From Candidatus Vogelbacteria bacterium RIFOXYD1_FULL_46_19 (lineage in GTDB: Bacteria > Patescibacteriota > Minisyncoccia > Phycocordibacterales > XYD1-FULL-46-19), in assembly GCA_001824825.1 (NCBI GenBank), contig MHTK01000002.1, forward strand, positions 70,020-134,019: a stretch of DNA of 64,000 nucleotides. Direction: 5' to 3'. Positions within the stretch are counted from its first letter, which is position 1. The number at the start of each line of letters is the position of its first letter. Below the pieces are notes generated by a model, which had not been told where the DNA came from, did not search any database, and was given only the letters and a program-made list of their open reading frames with translations. Shown here piece after piece: positions 28,860-38,205 of this stretch. The position numbers and the translations under genes are program-made.

Positions 28860-30395
28860 TTAAAGATCTTGATTATTTCCGTAGTTAACATTAACTAAGC
28901 CGGGTGAGATTTTCCCATTTATAATATCTAGGACTTTTTCAGTCACCGCTTTAGGTGGGGTGGATAGTTTTTTCAGTTCTTGGCCGTAGGTATTGATGTA
29001 AGCATCTCCGAGGGTAGAAGGGCTGATCAACGGGGTGTTGAGGTAGTAAGCTTCAAATATGTCTTGGTAGTGTCTGTTTATCTCGCTTACTAGTGAAAGC
29101 AGGGCTGAGTTGCTAACACTGTAGTTTATTAAGTGTTTGTGTTTGGCGGTTGGTTTGCCGGCTAGCCAAATTAATTTAATTTTGTGGGTCGGGCGGTTTT
29201 TAAGTAGAGCATTTAGTAATAATAAACTGCCACTAAGTTTGGTCGATATTAAATCTTTAATACCGTTTACGGTTAAATTTTCCAGATCTCCTTTACCGTT
29301 GCCGGGGTCCGCTGAAAAGATTATTACATGGGTATCCGAGGTCTCTTTTAAAAGTGTTTTTACTGAACTTGCGGAATTAATATTACACACTCTTTCATGC
29401 CAAAGTTTTTTACTGACTATTTTGGCTGATCTACTATAAAGCCATACGTCCCACCCTGCATTTTTTAGCTGGTTACCAATAGTTCTCCCTAAAGAATATT
29501 TTTTGGTTCCAGCTACTAATACTTTTGGGGTGTATCCTTTATGGGCGGTTATAAATGCCCAACCAATTTTTTTGCTTTTAACTGCACTTACTATACTTAA
29601 GTACCGGTTTTTTAGATCCCGCTCTGCTCGGCTTGGGTTGGCTACAATTTCATCCATTTGGTGAGCAAGTTTTTTGTAGGTATTTACCATATCTTCATTT
29701 TTTTGTTCAATTTTTATGTTTGAAAAAGATAGTCGTTTTAAGATTCTTTTGTAGGTAGCTGAAGATAACCCGTTGTCCCAATTAACCAGTTCTTTTATAA
29801 GTTGGGCTTCATTATTGTTTAAACTTTTGGTGGTCTCGTTTGATAAAAAGTCGGCTATAACCATAACTCCACCCGGGGCCATTAGTTCATACAAATTAGA
29901 AAATAGTTTTGATTTATTGGGTATCAAAAAAATTGCGTCTTGGCTAATAATGTGAGTAATAGTATTTTTTTGTTTAGCGAGTTTTTTGTCTATGTTGGAG
30001 GCTCTACTTCTGATAAAGCTTATATCTAGAATTCCAGCTGTTAAATTTGACGGTTTACTGTTAATTAATTTTATTTTTTTGTTGGCTTCTTTAATCATCT
30101 CATCACTAATATCTACTCCAATACCTTTGCAGTGATATTTTAAACAAATATCAATTAATGTTTGACCAGTGCCACAACCAATATCTAAAACGACAGAGCG
30201 CGAGTCTAGTGTTCTGGATGTGTTAACTTTGTTTATTAAGTGTTCTGTTGCGTTTAAGAATGACTTACTTAATGAATCATTTTTCGACGAAAACAAACCA
30301 ACGTGCAGGGTGTGATGTTTGGGATCCCACGTTTTGTCGTAATGTTTTTTTAGGGAGTTAAATTTTTTTCTAGTTTTTTCCTCGGTGGTTATCAT
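28860..30395 (-). CDS. fusion protein: class I SAM-dependent methyltransferase (CFA-synthase-like) + Rossmann NAD(P)-binding domain
   Basis: N-term HYDKTWDP...VLDIGCGTGQTLIDI motif I; C-term KVLVAGTKKYSLGRTIGNQL dinucleotide-binding-like; AT-rich codon usage distinct from flanks. Confidence 0.65.
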   Translation of the reverse strand: MITTEEKTRKKFNSLKKHYDKTWDPKHHTLHVGLFSSKNDSLSKSFLNATEHLINKVNTSRTLDSRSVVLDIGCGTGQTLIDICLKYHCKGIGVDISDEMIKEANKKIKLINSKPSNLTAGILDISFIRSRASNIDKKLAKQKNTITHIISQDAIFLIPNKSKLFSNLYELMAPGGVMVIADFLSNETTKSLNNNEAQLIKELVNWDNGLSSATYKRILKRLSFSNIKIEQKNEDMVNTYKKLAHQMDEIVANPSRAERDLKNRYLSIVSAVKSKKIGWAFITAHKGYTPKVLVAGTKKYSLGRTIGNQLKNAGWDVWLYSRSAKIVSKKLWHERVCNINSASSVKTLLKETSDTHVIIFSADPGNGKGDLENLTVNGIKDLISTKLSGSLLLLNALLKNRPTHKIKLIWLAGKPTAKHKHLINYSVSNSALLSLVSEINRHYQDIFEAYYLNTPLISPSTLGDAYINTYGQELKKLSTPPKAVTEKVLDIINGKISPGLVNVNYGNNQDL

Positions 30396-30407
30396 AATAG
30401 TCTAAAA

Positions 30408-31877
30408 TTAGATGTTATTTTTAAGTAGGTAGTCGACCATATTTCCTAATAATTTATAGGTTTTTACTCTAATTGATTCTTGGGTTTTCCACCCCGCTCT
30501 GTAAGTTAAGATGTGATTACTTAATTCGTGGCTAATTTTCCAATCAGTTTTATCTCTTATTGGTAAACCAAGTATATCTTTTCGTGGTAAACCTGGATAA
30601 ACGTCTAGAAAGGCTAATATATTGTTATTTATCATTTGGCTGGTCAGGGCTTGTTGATCAATAGCGTTTCCGTCTGCTGTATTTATAACAATTACTCCAG
30701 GTTTCATTTTTAGAATAAGTTTCTCGTTTAATGTGTTTTCAGCGTGGTGTGCCGGAAGATTGATTGAAATAATGTCCGCAATCTCAGACATTTTTTCAAG
30801 GGTTGAATACTTTATGCCAAGAGTCTTCTCCAGGTCGACTTTTCTTGTTTTAGAATAATAAATGACCTTAAAACCCATTCCGGTGGCTATTTTCGCCACT
30901 AAAAATCCAATTCTTCCCAACCCTACTATTCCGAACGTTTTACCGTTGAATGAATAAGTACTGGAAACAAGATTGCTAACATCTACGAGTTTATCTCCAA
31001 AGAGTATTTGAGATTTATTAAGATCAAATAAGTTAATATTTTTTGCCTCATAAAATATTATTTCGTTATCGGTTAAAAACTTAAAGTAACTCGCCAGTGT
31101 AGATTCGGTAAGTTGATATTGCTCGCAAATAACTCCAAGGGCCGTTAATCTTTCTATGGTAACGTTTAAGCCTTGCATATTAAGGAATCCAACTTTCCTA
31201 TTTTGGAGGAGTTTTTCTGGAATTAGGTCTTCCATATTTCTTTCGCTGAAGTCGAATTTTACTTGTCCTATTTTGTGAAAATGATGGACAAATTTACCGC
31301 GCCTAGTATTTTTTTCGTTACTTGAAAGTTTTCGGAAAAATCCAAATAAGTGATTAATAATAGTGTGCGATACCTCTTCTTGGTTTTTGGTCGAAGTGAA
31401 AGTGGTGGGGAAGTTTCTGGTGATTAATGAGAACAAACCAGCAAATACCACTTCTGAAACTGACTCCGTACCGTAGTCCGGGATATTAGTCACTTCTATA
31501 CCTAGTTTTTTAGCTAAAAGGGTGTTGATTCGATGCTCCTTTTCGTGGGTCCAAAAGATAACTAGTTTTAATTGGGGGTTCAATTTTAATATTTCATCCG
31601 GTATGTTGGTCCAACAACTAATAATAACGTCTGCACCCTCGACCCTACTCATTAGTAATTGAAGAGGAATGTTGTCGGTGGCAATTTCGGTGTAACACTT
31701 TTTACCTGTAAATACCCCCGGGTTATTCTCGTAGTCTTTTTCTAGACTTGCTGGGAGACTGGAGGGGTATTCTATTACCTCACGCGAAATACTGTTCAGA
31801 AGTTTTCGATGCTCGGGATAAAAGATTACCGTGTCTAGAATTACCACTTTATTAAATTTTTTGGCTAGGTTGATCAT
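30408..31877 (-). CDS. D-isomer-specific 2-hydroxyacid dehydrogenase family protein with ~150-aa insertion between catalytic and NAD-binding domains
   Basis: N-terminal catalytic-domain pattern (ADVIISCW...LKLVIFWT...GIEVTNIPDY...SVSEVVF) and NAD-binding GIVGLGRIGFLVAK separated by unmatched segment. Confidence 0.65.
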   Translation of the reverse strand: MINLAKKFNKVVILDTVIFYPEHRKLLNSISREVIEYPSSLPASLEKDYENNPGVFTGKKCYTEIATDNIPLQLLMSRVEGADVIISCWTNIPDEILKLNPQLKLVIFWTHEKEHRINTLLAKKLGIEVTNIPDYGTESVSEVVFAGLFSLITRNFPTTFTSTKNQEEVSHTIINHLFGFFRKLSSNEKNTRRGKFVHHFHKIGQVKFDFSERNMEDLIPEKLLQNRKVGFLNMQGLNVTIERLTALGVICEQYQLTESTLASYFKFLTDNEIIFYEAKNINLFDLNKSQILFGDKLVDVSNLVSSTYSFNGKTFGIVGLGRIGFLVAKIATGMGFKVIYYSKTRKVDLEKTLGIKYSTLEKMSEIADIISINLPAHHAENTLNEKLILKMKPGVIVINTADGNAIDQQALTSQMINNNILAFLDVYPGLPRKDILGLPIRDKTDWKISHELSNHILTYRAGWKTQESIRVKTYKLLGNMVDYLLKNNI

Positions 31878-32007
31878 AGGATATATATAACATAAACATA
31901 CACTATAGTCAAGTAAATAGTCTTAAGATTGTTGTAAATTATAAAAGATGTATAATATTTATATACACTTTTGATTAAAATAAGCTAGATATATCTATAT
32001 TTTTCGT

Positions 32008-32790
32008 ATGAATGATAAAAATTCCTTTTCTCCAGATTTTTACACTTCGTTAAGTGAATTAGGGTTATCTCAGTTGGAAATTAACTTGTATACAATATCT
32101 CTACAGCTTGGCCCAAGCCCCATTTCTCTACTTGCAAAGTATATGGGTATCTCTCGACCGAATGTTTATAAGGTTATAGAGGGGTTACGAGACAAAGGTC
32201 TTGCTTCATTTTACGGTCAGGAAAAGTATGCTAGAAAATTTATGGTTGAATCACCTTCAATTGTTCTTGAAAAGTTGAGAAAAAAAGGAGAGTTGTTGAA
32301 GGGCTTGGACGGTAGTTTAACGGCTTCCCTGCCTGATTTGTTGGCCTTTTATCAGCAAGGAGGTAAAGACACTAAGATAAAAGTAATTAAAAATCAGGAC
32401 CAGTTTTTAAAAATTTTCCATCAGTCTTTGGAAGAGACCCGAGTTGGTGGAATGATGGAATTTTTTGGTTCGGCTAGTGATTTTATTAGTTTTGTCGGTT
32501 GGCAAACCGAACGGGAATGGATTAAAGGTCGTTTAAAGAAGAAAATATCTATCCGGACTTTAGTTTCTCCCGATAAAGATGCGGCCACCTTAAGAGTGGG
32601 GCAGGAGAAGGAGTTAAGAGAAGTGAGACTTTATAACGGAGAAGCCAACTTCCCTACTTCCTTTTTGATTTACGGTAATAAGCTGGTAATTTGGCAACCC
32701 AAAGCTCCACTAGCGGTATCTATTGAGGATGAGTATATGGCAGTTATGTTTAAGAGTATATTTTATACTTTGTGGGAAAAGTCGAAGTAG
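32008..32790 (+). CDS. TrmB-family HTH transcriptional regulator
   Basis: N-terminal LGLSQLEINLYTISLQLGPSPISLLAKYMGISRPNVYKVIEGLRDKGLAS typical TrmB wHTH. Confidence 0.65.
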   Translation: MNDKNSFSPDFYTSLSELGLSQLEINLYTISLQLGPSPISLLAKYMGISRPNVYKVIEGLRDKGLASFYGQEKYARKFMVESPSIVLEKLRKKGELLKGLDGSLTASLPDLLAFYQQGGKDTKIKVIKNQDQFLKIFHQSLEETRVGGMMEFFGSASDFISFVGWQTEREWIKGRLKKKISIRTLVSPDKDAATLRVGQEKELREVRLYNGEANFPTSFLIYGNKLVIWQPKAPLAVSIEDEYMAVMFKSIFYTLWEKSK

Positions 32791-32871
32791 ATAATTACCA
32801 CACCTCCCCCAAAAGAAAAAGGTTCTTCTTGAGTTTGATTAAATAATCAATAGCACTTAATATTAAGAAAT

Positions 32872-33246
32872 ATGAAACCTAAATTTGAAAAAGGTTTTCC
32901 TTTATCTAATAAAAGTGAAACATTGCCTGAGTCGGACATTGCTCGCTATTGGAAGAGAATGGGTTTTTCTTTTAGCTCACCCAAGCCAGGTAGTCCGGCG
33001 GAGGCGAGATTGAGGGAGGCTTGTGAAAGTTATAGTCGTTTTATTGTGAACCCAAGTTTAAGAGGGGCTACTGGAAGTGAGGGCCGTCGCCGCCAGCTTC
33101 ACAATGAAATTTCCATAATGACTGTCGGTGAACCAAGAAGTGGGATGGAAAGTGAGAAGGCAGAAAAAATAGCGGATTTTGCCTGCTTGGTGGCCACCGG
33201 CTTAACCGCCGCTGAGCTTCTTAAAGATGAGATGAGTCGTAATTAA
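32872..33246 (+). CDS. hypothetical protein
   Basis: 124-aa ORF, no motif recognised. Confidence 0.35.
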   Translation: MKPKFEKGFPLSNKSETLPESDIARYWKRMGFSFSSPKPGSPAEARLREACESYSRFIVNPSLRGATGSEGRRRQLHNEISIMTVGEPRSGMESEKAEKIADFACLVATGLTAAELLKDEMSRN

Positions 33247-33284
33247 AGAAAAAATTAAGGCCAGCACTGGAGAGTGCTGGCCAA

Positions 33285-33500
33285 CTAGAGCAGGCTGGTG
33301 GTAATACAGTGAAACTTTTTACCCAGAGCTAGTGCTTCGTGGTGGTAAACATCGTCACCCCCGCGAATTTGATTTTTGCAAACTAATTGCCCTCCGGCTT
33401 TGATTAAGTCTTGAATCTCTTGTCTGCTAGCAGTATAGACTGGGCGATTTTCTTCCCAACCCTCGGTGATTTTTTTCACCAATACTTCGAGTTTTTCCAC
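33285..33500 (-). CDS. hypothetical small protein
   Basis: 71-aa ORF. Confidence 0.3.
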   Translation of the reverse strand: MEKLEVLVKKITEGWEENRPVYTASRQEIQDLIKAGGQLVCKNQIRGGDDVYHHEALALGKKFHCITTSLL

Positions 33501-33579
33501 GGAGCCTCCTTTTTACTATTAGCCAAATTCAAGAATAGCACGTTACTAAACTATTGTCAAATATTAGCAGAGTGAGCTT

Positions 33580-34137
33580 TTAGATAGCTTTGAGGGCTTT
33601 CTTTCCCGCGCGGCGGCCGTTACCATTGCGACCATAAATGAGGAATTTTTTTGGCTCCTTATCGAGATCGATAAAATCGTCCACTGACTCCTTCAAGCGC
33701 GAGGAAGAACTGCGACCAAAAGACACAGCTTCCACCTGGCAACCCATATTGGTTTGGAGGTATTCGACCAGGGGTACAAAGTCGCCATCGCCAGAGGCGA
33801 TGATCACTGCGTCTAACTTAGGCGCCATAGAAATGGCGTCGACCGCGAGACCTACGTCCCAGTCGGCTTTTTTGGCACCACCTAGAAATATTTGCAAATC
33901 TTTAGTTTTAACCTCAATCCCGATTTTATGCAAAGCCTCAAAAAAAGGCTGTTCTTCCCCGCTTTCCGTGGTCACGACGTAGGCGCGGGCTCTAATTAGG
34001 TTGCGATCCCCGACGGCTGCTTCCAAAATGGCGCCAAAGTTAACTCGAGCGTTGTATAGATTTTTGGCGGAGTGATAAAGATTTTGGGTATCAATAAATA
34101 CCCCAACTCGTTGGTTTTTATGCTTAATTACGGGCAT
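33580..34137 (-). CDS. NYN-domain (LabA-like) protein
   Basis: VGVFIDTQNLYHSAKNLYNARVNFGAIL and IIASGDGDFVPLVEYLQ characteristic of NYN/PIN-like fold. Confidence 0.7.
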   Translation of the reverse strand: MPVIKHKNQRVGVFIDTQNLYHSAKNLYNARVNFGAILEAAVGDRNLIRARAYVVTTESGEEQPFFEALHKIGIEVKTKDLQIFLGGAKKADWDVGLAVDAISMAPKLDAVIIASGDGDFVPLVEYLQTNMGCQVEAVSFGRSSSSRLKESVDDFIDLDKEPKKFLIYGRNGNGRRAGKKALKAI

Positions 34138-34227
34138 ATAACTTATATAAAATTAAAGAAACTAGTATTAAATAAAATTCTACCTCAGTTCTCGCACTTC
34201 TAACTTAAGAAAAAGTTGATCAGGGGA

Positions 34228-34250
34228 AGAAAAAAGGCCTAGGCGGCCTC
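34228..34250 (-). terminator. putative terminator overlapping rpsO stop
   Basis: aggcc-taggc-ggcct hairpin followed on minus strand by T6. Confidence 0.35.
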
Positions 34251-34490
34251 TTTCTTGCTCTCTGCCTTCTTGGCTTTGGTGTCCAAATATTTTTGATGGG
34301 CTCGGCGTTTGGCTACCAATTTAAGCAAACCACGGCGAGAGTGATGATCTTTGTTATGGGTCTTTAGATGGTCCGACAGTTCGGTGATGCGTTCATTTAA
34401 CAGGGCAATTTGCACTTCCGAAGAGCCAGTATCGGTCTCGTGTTTGGCCGTCTTTTTGATCACACTAACTTTTTTCTTAGTCGTAAGCAT
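34239..34490 (-). CDS. rpsO: 30S ribosomal protein S15
   Basis: [42 protein letters not shown] is the S15 signature; start at internal Met MLTTKKK. Confidence 0.9.
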   Translation of the reverse strand: MLTTKKKVSVIKKTAKHETDTGSSEVQIALLNERITELSDHLKTHNKDHHSRRGLLKLVAKRRAHQKYLDTKAKKAESKKEAA

Positions 34491-34906
34491 AGGGCTATAG
34501 TAGCATAAAAGAGTTATTTTTGCAAGTAAACCGTACATAATTAGCTTAGGTAAAATAAAGGCCGATCCAGTTTGGGTATAGGGGAGGCTGGAGCGGCCTT
34601 ACTCATTGCTGTGCTGTGTAGACCTTTTTTGTCCGGTGTTAGGTGACTGGAAGGTATACGCTTTGAGTATTCCTATTTTACCTTTATTGGTTAGGCTTGT
34701 CAATCCCCCTCATATGGAATGATTCCGCTGACTGGTACCCCCAGGTTTCTCTGCGCTCAAAAGAGCAAAGCCATTCCATGTTTTTTTTGGGGGGGGTGTA
34801 CACCCCCCTGTAAATGTGCTCTAGGAGGGTCCTTAGAGTGGTAGTTTGTCTTGAAGTTGTAATATTGTGCGACTCTTTCTATACTGAATCAACAAAACTA
34901 CTAAAT

Positions 34907-35818
34907 ATGAAACTCATTGAACAACAGAAGCAAGAATTTCTCGACTACTTAGAGATTGAAAAGGGGCGGAGCTTGAAGACTCGCAGTAGTTATGATCGCT
35001 ATTTAAGCCTTTTTTTTAAGCAAACGAAAATCTCGTCCCCGACTGATATTGATGAGAATCTACTTAGAGAGTTTCGTTTGTGGTTGAATCGCCAGCCCGG
35101 TACGACCGGCACCTTGAAAAAAAATACCCAAAATTATTATTTAATTGCTCTTAGAACTTTTTTGAAGTACTTGGCGAGGCGGGGTGTTCCTTCCCTCTCG
35201 CCAGAGCGGATTGAACTGGCTAAAACGCCTGGTCGGGAGATTGATCTCTTAAATGAGGTGGAACTCGGCCGGCTACTTACTATGCCGGCCGACCAAGACG
35301 AAAAAAGTTTGAGAGATAAGGCTATTTTGGAGCTATTGTTTTCGACCGGCCTTCGGGTGTCCGAGTTAACCGGCTTAAACCGTGATTCCATTGACTTGTC
35401 TCGCGACGAGTTTAGTGTGCGAGGGAAGGGTGAAAAAGTGCGGCTGGTATTTTTGTCGCTCGACGCCAAAGAAGCTATTAAGACTTATTTAAAAAAACGA
35501 GTTGATATTGAAGAGGCTCTATTTGTGAGTTTAAAAAATAAAGTCGGTGATGCTCCGACTCGCCTCACTTCTCGTAGTGTGGAAAGAATAGTGAAGTTTT
35601 ACGCTACGAAGGCGGGTATTGGCAGTAAGGTTACCCCGCACACCATTAGGCATAGTTTTGCGACTGACCTCTTACAAAATGGGGCTGATATCCGCTCGGT
35701 GCAAGCTATGTTGGGCCACTCGAGCGTGGCCACTACCCAAATATATACTCACGTGACCGACAAGCACTTACGAGAGATTCATCAGAAATTTCACAATCGT
35801 AAAAATACTGGCTCTTAA
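34907..35818 (+). CDS. tyrosine site-specific recombinase, XerC/XerD family
   Basis: N-terminal FLDYLEIEKGRSLKTRSSYDRYL core-binding domain and C-terminal HTIRHSFATDLLQNGADIRSVQAMLGHSSVATTQIYTHV (R..H..R...Y); start at MKLIEQQKQ. Confidence 0.85.
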   Translation: MKLIEQQKQEFLDYLEIEKGRSLKTRSSYDRYLSLFFKQTKISSPTDIDENLLREFRLWLNRQPGTTGTLKKNTQNYYLIALRTFLKYLARRGVPSLSPERIELAKTPGREIDLLNEVELGRLLTMPADQDEKSLRDKAILELLFSTGLRVSELTGLNRDSIDLSRDEFSVRGKGEKVRLVFLSLDAKEAIKTYLKKRVDIEEALFVSLKNKVGDAPTRLTSRSVERIVKFYATKAGIGSKVTPHTIRHSFATDLLQNGADIRSVQAMLGHSSVATTQIYTHVTDKHLREIHQKFHNRKNTGS

Positions 35819-36072
35819 TTTTTGAAAAAGTGGATAACTTTTAGGGAGGAAAAAGGTTTGGTGGTTGTGTCCGATAAGGGCCTAGCACTTATCCACAACC
35901 AATTCCTTGTCCTATACTCTGTCTGATAGTAAGATAAGCCTAGGTCTGATTTGGTCTTATCGAAATGTCCTATAGGTCGGTTTCCCCTTGATATTTTTTC
36001 TCCTCATTCAAGGCGAGCTCCTCATTTTTTCACTTGGATCTCTATGGATCCCAACCTGTTTGACACTTTCAA

Positions 36073-36107
36073 CCCCGCCATAACCAGTGCGGGGTTTAGT
36101 TTTTTTG
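36073..36107 (+). terminator. intrinsic terminator between xer and cca (convergent)
   Basis: ccccgc-cataaccagt-gcgggg hairpin then tttagttttttt. Confidence 0.45.
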
Positions 36108-36139
36108 TTTTCCGCTTTTTCCTATTTTTACTACACCCC

Positions 36140-37612
36140 CTACTTGACACCGTGACGCTGACGAATTTTTTTTAGCTCCTTATTCTCGGTCTCACTCTTT
36201 TTTTCTTTACCTTGGGCGGCTAGTTTGGCTAATTCTTTATCCCCCAATTCATTAAGATCTTTAGCTCGGTTTAATAAGTATTCCTTGGTATTTTGGGTGG
36301 GCTCGTCGAGTACCTCTTCCAATAGAGCATGCAAAATTTGCCCGATTTGGGGACCAGGTTTCACGTGCAACTCGTTCATTAAGTCATTCCCGTCAATTTT
36401 TAGCATAGTGACCGAGGTGGGGCTACGCAAGGCCTCTTCAATCATCGATTCGTATTTTCTCAAGCGATAAGGGTGTTCCTTGGGCCGGCCCATACCGATT
36501 CGGTCGCTGGTGCGTAGCTTCATCAAGTCCCAGACATTGTTCTCCCCCACTTTGGCTATAATTCGGCGGACGGCTGACAAGGTAATTTGATCAACATCCA
36601 CAAAAAACATATGGTTTCTAACCAGTTTTTCCACCACCTCGGCAGTTTTAGACGGGTATTTTAGGTCGGCCATAATTTTCTGTACCAGTCGCGCTCCCAC
36701 TACCTCATGACCGTAAAAGGTCCAGTCATTTTTCTCTTTAATCCAGCGCCTGGTGGCTGGTTTACCAATGTCATGAAACAGAGCCGCTAGACGTAGGTGA
36801 AGGGGGAAGTCTCTCTCAGCGGCGTGTTGCAAAGCTCGGAGCGAGTGTTCCCAGACATCAAAGATATGATCCCCGTTTTGCTCAGTGCCGATTGCTGGTA
36901 CTAAGTCGGGTAAAACGTGCGGTAAAAGTTCAAGCTTGGAGATAAGCTGTAGACCCATCATTGGTCTTTTAGACATAATAATCTTGTTAAATTCTTCACG
37001 CAGTCTTTCTTTAGAAATCCGTCCGAGTAAGCCCGCCTCTGCCTCGATGGCTTGCTCAGTCACCGGGTCAATACTAAAGCCTAGCTCGGTAGCCAAGCGG
37101 ACAGCCCTAAGCAGGCGCAAGGCATCTTCGCGGAAGCGCTCGGTGGGTGAGCCGACGGTTTTGATGATCTTGTCCTTTATATCAGCTACTCCCCCAAACA
37201 GATCAATAAGTTGTCCTTTATCAAGATTATAGGCTAGGGCATTAATGGTGAAGTCGCGACGAGCTAAATCATCTTCTATCGATTCGGCAAAGTGGACTTG
37301 ATCTGGGTGGCGGTGGTCAGTGTACTCAGATTCAGTGCGGTATGGAGTAACCTCGACATTTTTTAAAGTTGGGTCATCGGTGTCCTCATTCACGATTGTG
37401 ACTGTGCCGAAGCGGTTTTCGTAAAAAGTCTTAGTAAATAAGGCCTCAATCTCAGAGGGAGTGGCTTTGGTAGTAATATCCCAGTCTTTAGGTTCGCGGT
37501 TCATTAGGCTGTCACGAACACAGCCTCCCACAATAAAAGCCTCAAAACCAGCATTTTCCAGGGTTTTGGTTATACGTGAAACTTCTTTTGGGACTGGTAA
37601 CGATATTTTCAT
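36140..37612 (-). CDS. cca: CCA-adding tRNA nucleotidyltransferase with HD domain
   Basis: GGCVRDSLM...DWDITT polymerase-beta motif, RRDFTINA, HD motif FHDIGK; start at MKISLP (ORF 5' extension overlaps tRNA-Arg). Confidence 0.85.
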   Translation of the reverse strand: MKISLPVPKEVSRITKTLENAGFEAFIVGGCVRDSLMNREPKDWDITTKATPSEIEALFTKTFYENRFGTVTIVNEDTDDPTLKNVEVTPYRTESEYTDHRHPDQVHFAESIEDDLARRDFTINALAYNLDKGQLIDLFGGVADIKDKIIKTVGSPTERFREDALRLLRAVRLATELGFSIDPVTEQAIEAEAGLLGRISKERLREEFNKIIMSKRPMMGLQLISKLELLPHVLPDLVPAIGTEQNGDHIFDVWEHSLRALQHAAERDFPLHLRLAALFHDIGKPATRRWIKEKNDWTFYGHEVVGARLVQKIMADLKYPSKTAEVVEKLVRNHMFFVDVDQITLSAVRRIIAKVGENNVWDLMKLRTSDRIGMGRPKEHPYRLRKYESMIEEALRSPTSVTMLKIDGNDLMNELHVKPGPQIGQILHALLEEVLDEPTQNTKEYLLNRAKDLNELGDKELAKLAAQGKEKKSETENKELKKIRQRHGVK

Positions 37613-37637
37613 AAAGAAACTAGTACTCCACTTGTGT

Positions 37638-37708
37638 GCTCTCGGAGGGACTCGAACCCCCAACGACGGTTCCGAAGACCGTTGTGATATCCATTTCACC
37701 ACGAGAGC
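37638..37708 (-). tRNA. tRNA-Arg (anticodon TCG)
   Basis: Manual fold: acceptor GCTCTCG/CGAGAGC, D stem GTGA/TCAC, anticodon stem ACGGT/ACCGT loop CTTCGGA, T arm GGGGG-TTCGAGT-CCCTC, discriminator A; no encoded CCA. Confidence 0.8.
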
Positions 37709-37790
37709 CTAATGGCCATAGAATAGCGTGGAATTGAAAAAAAAGCGAATTTTTTAGGTTGTTTACTCTCGAGGAATAGTAAGTATTATA

Positions 37791-37989
37791 TGTGCGGGTA
37801 GGGAGAATCGGTCAGGAATATCTTGCCCTCCGTCGAGGACAAGATTTCACGACCCTGGCTCACCTGTTTTTCTTGCTAGAAAAACATAGTTCCGCCTTTC
37901 GATTCTCCACGCAAGTAAAGCAGTTTACTTGCTCATTCCGTCACTAAAACCACAAAAAACCAGGTTAAAACCTGGTTTTTTGTGGTTAG
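37791..37989 (-). repeat. tRNA-Gly trailer module copy A: terminator + ~150-nt structured core + 18-19-nt direct repeat of tRNA-Gly(GCC) 3' end
   Basis: Reverse complement of 43354..43555 is near-identical (150-nt core 100% identical); 37793-37810 tgcgggtagggagaatcg repeats tRNA 3' end at 37990-38007. Confidence 0.8.
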
Positions 37990-38060
37990 TGCGGGTAGGG
38001 AGAATCGAACTCCCGACTCGTCCTTGGCAAGGACGTGTTCTACCACTAAACCATACCCGC
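37990..38060 (-). tRNA. tRNA-Gly (anticodon GCC)
   Basis: Manual fold: acceptor GCGGGTA/TACCCGC, anticodon stem CGTCC/GGACG loop TTGCCAA, T arm GGGAG-TTCGATT-CTCCC, discriminator A. Confidence 0.8.
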
Positions 38061-38205
38061 TACTTTTTACTTCCCTAGTATAGCTAATTTATGGCGATAG
38101 TAAAGAAGTTTAAGCAAAATATGTTAACCTGTAAGTGTAAGGAAGCTTTAGCCCAGCAGTCTAATAATTATAAGGAAGGTATAAAATATATAATTCTTTT
38201 TATTT

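Noticed and set aside
34540-34800. Possible tmRNA, RNase P RNA or SRP RNA in the rpsO-xer spacer
   Set aside because: No recognisable conserved cores (no tmRNA tag-reading frame or tRNA-like 3' end, no RNase P P4 motifs, no SRP domain IV GGAA/AGCAG loop); left as an unexplained structured region only.
34907-35818. Tyrosine recombinase as the integrase of an integrative element near the tRNA cluster
   Set aside because: The N-terminal core-binding sequence and overall length match chromosomal XerC/XerD dimer-resolution recombinases. It is separated from the tRNA modules by cca. It cannot be excluded as the trans-acting enzyme for the mini-elements, but there is no direct evidence.
35951-36175. 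ORF 35951..36175 (+) and 42302..42628 (+)
   Set aside because: The first covers an intrinsic terminator and gives a low-complexity translation. The second is antisense to the more plausible 42347..42664 ORF and has a junk-like sequence.
37613-37702. N-terminal 30-aa extension of the cca ORF (to 37702) and ORF 37461..37712
   Set aside because: The extension overlaps tRNA-Arg (37638..37708); the first in-frame Met after the tRNA (37612) gives a canonical CCA-enzyme N-terminus.
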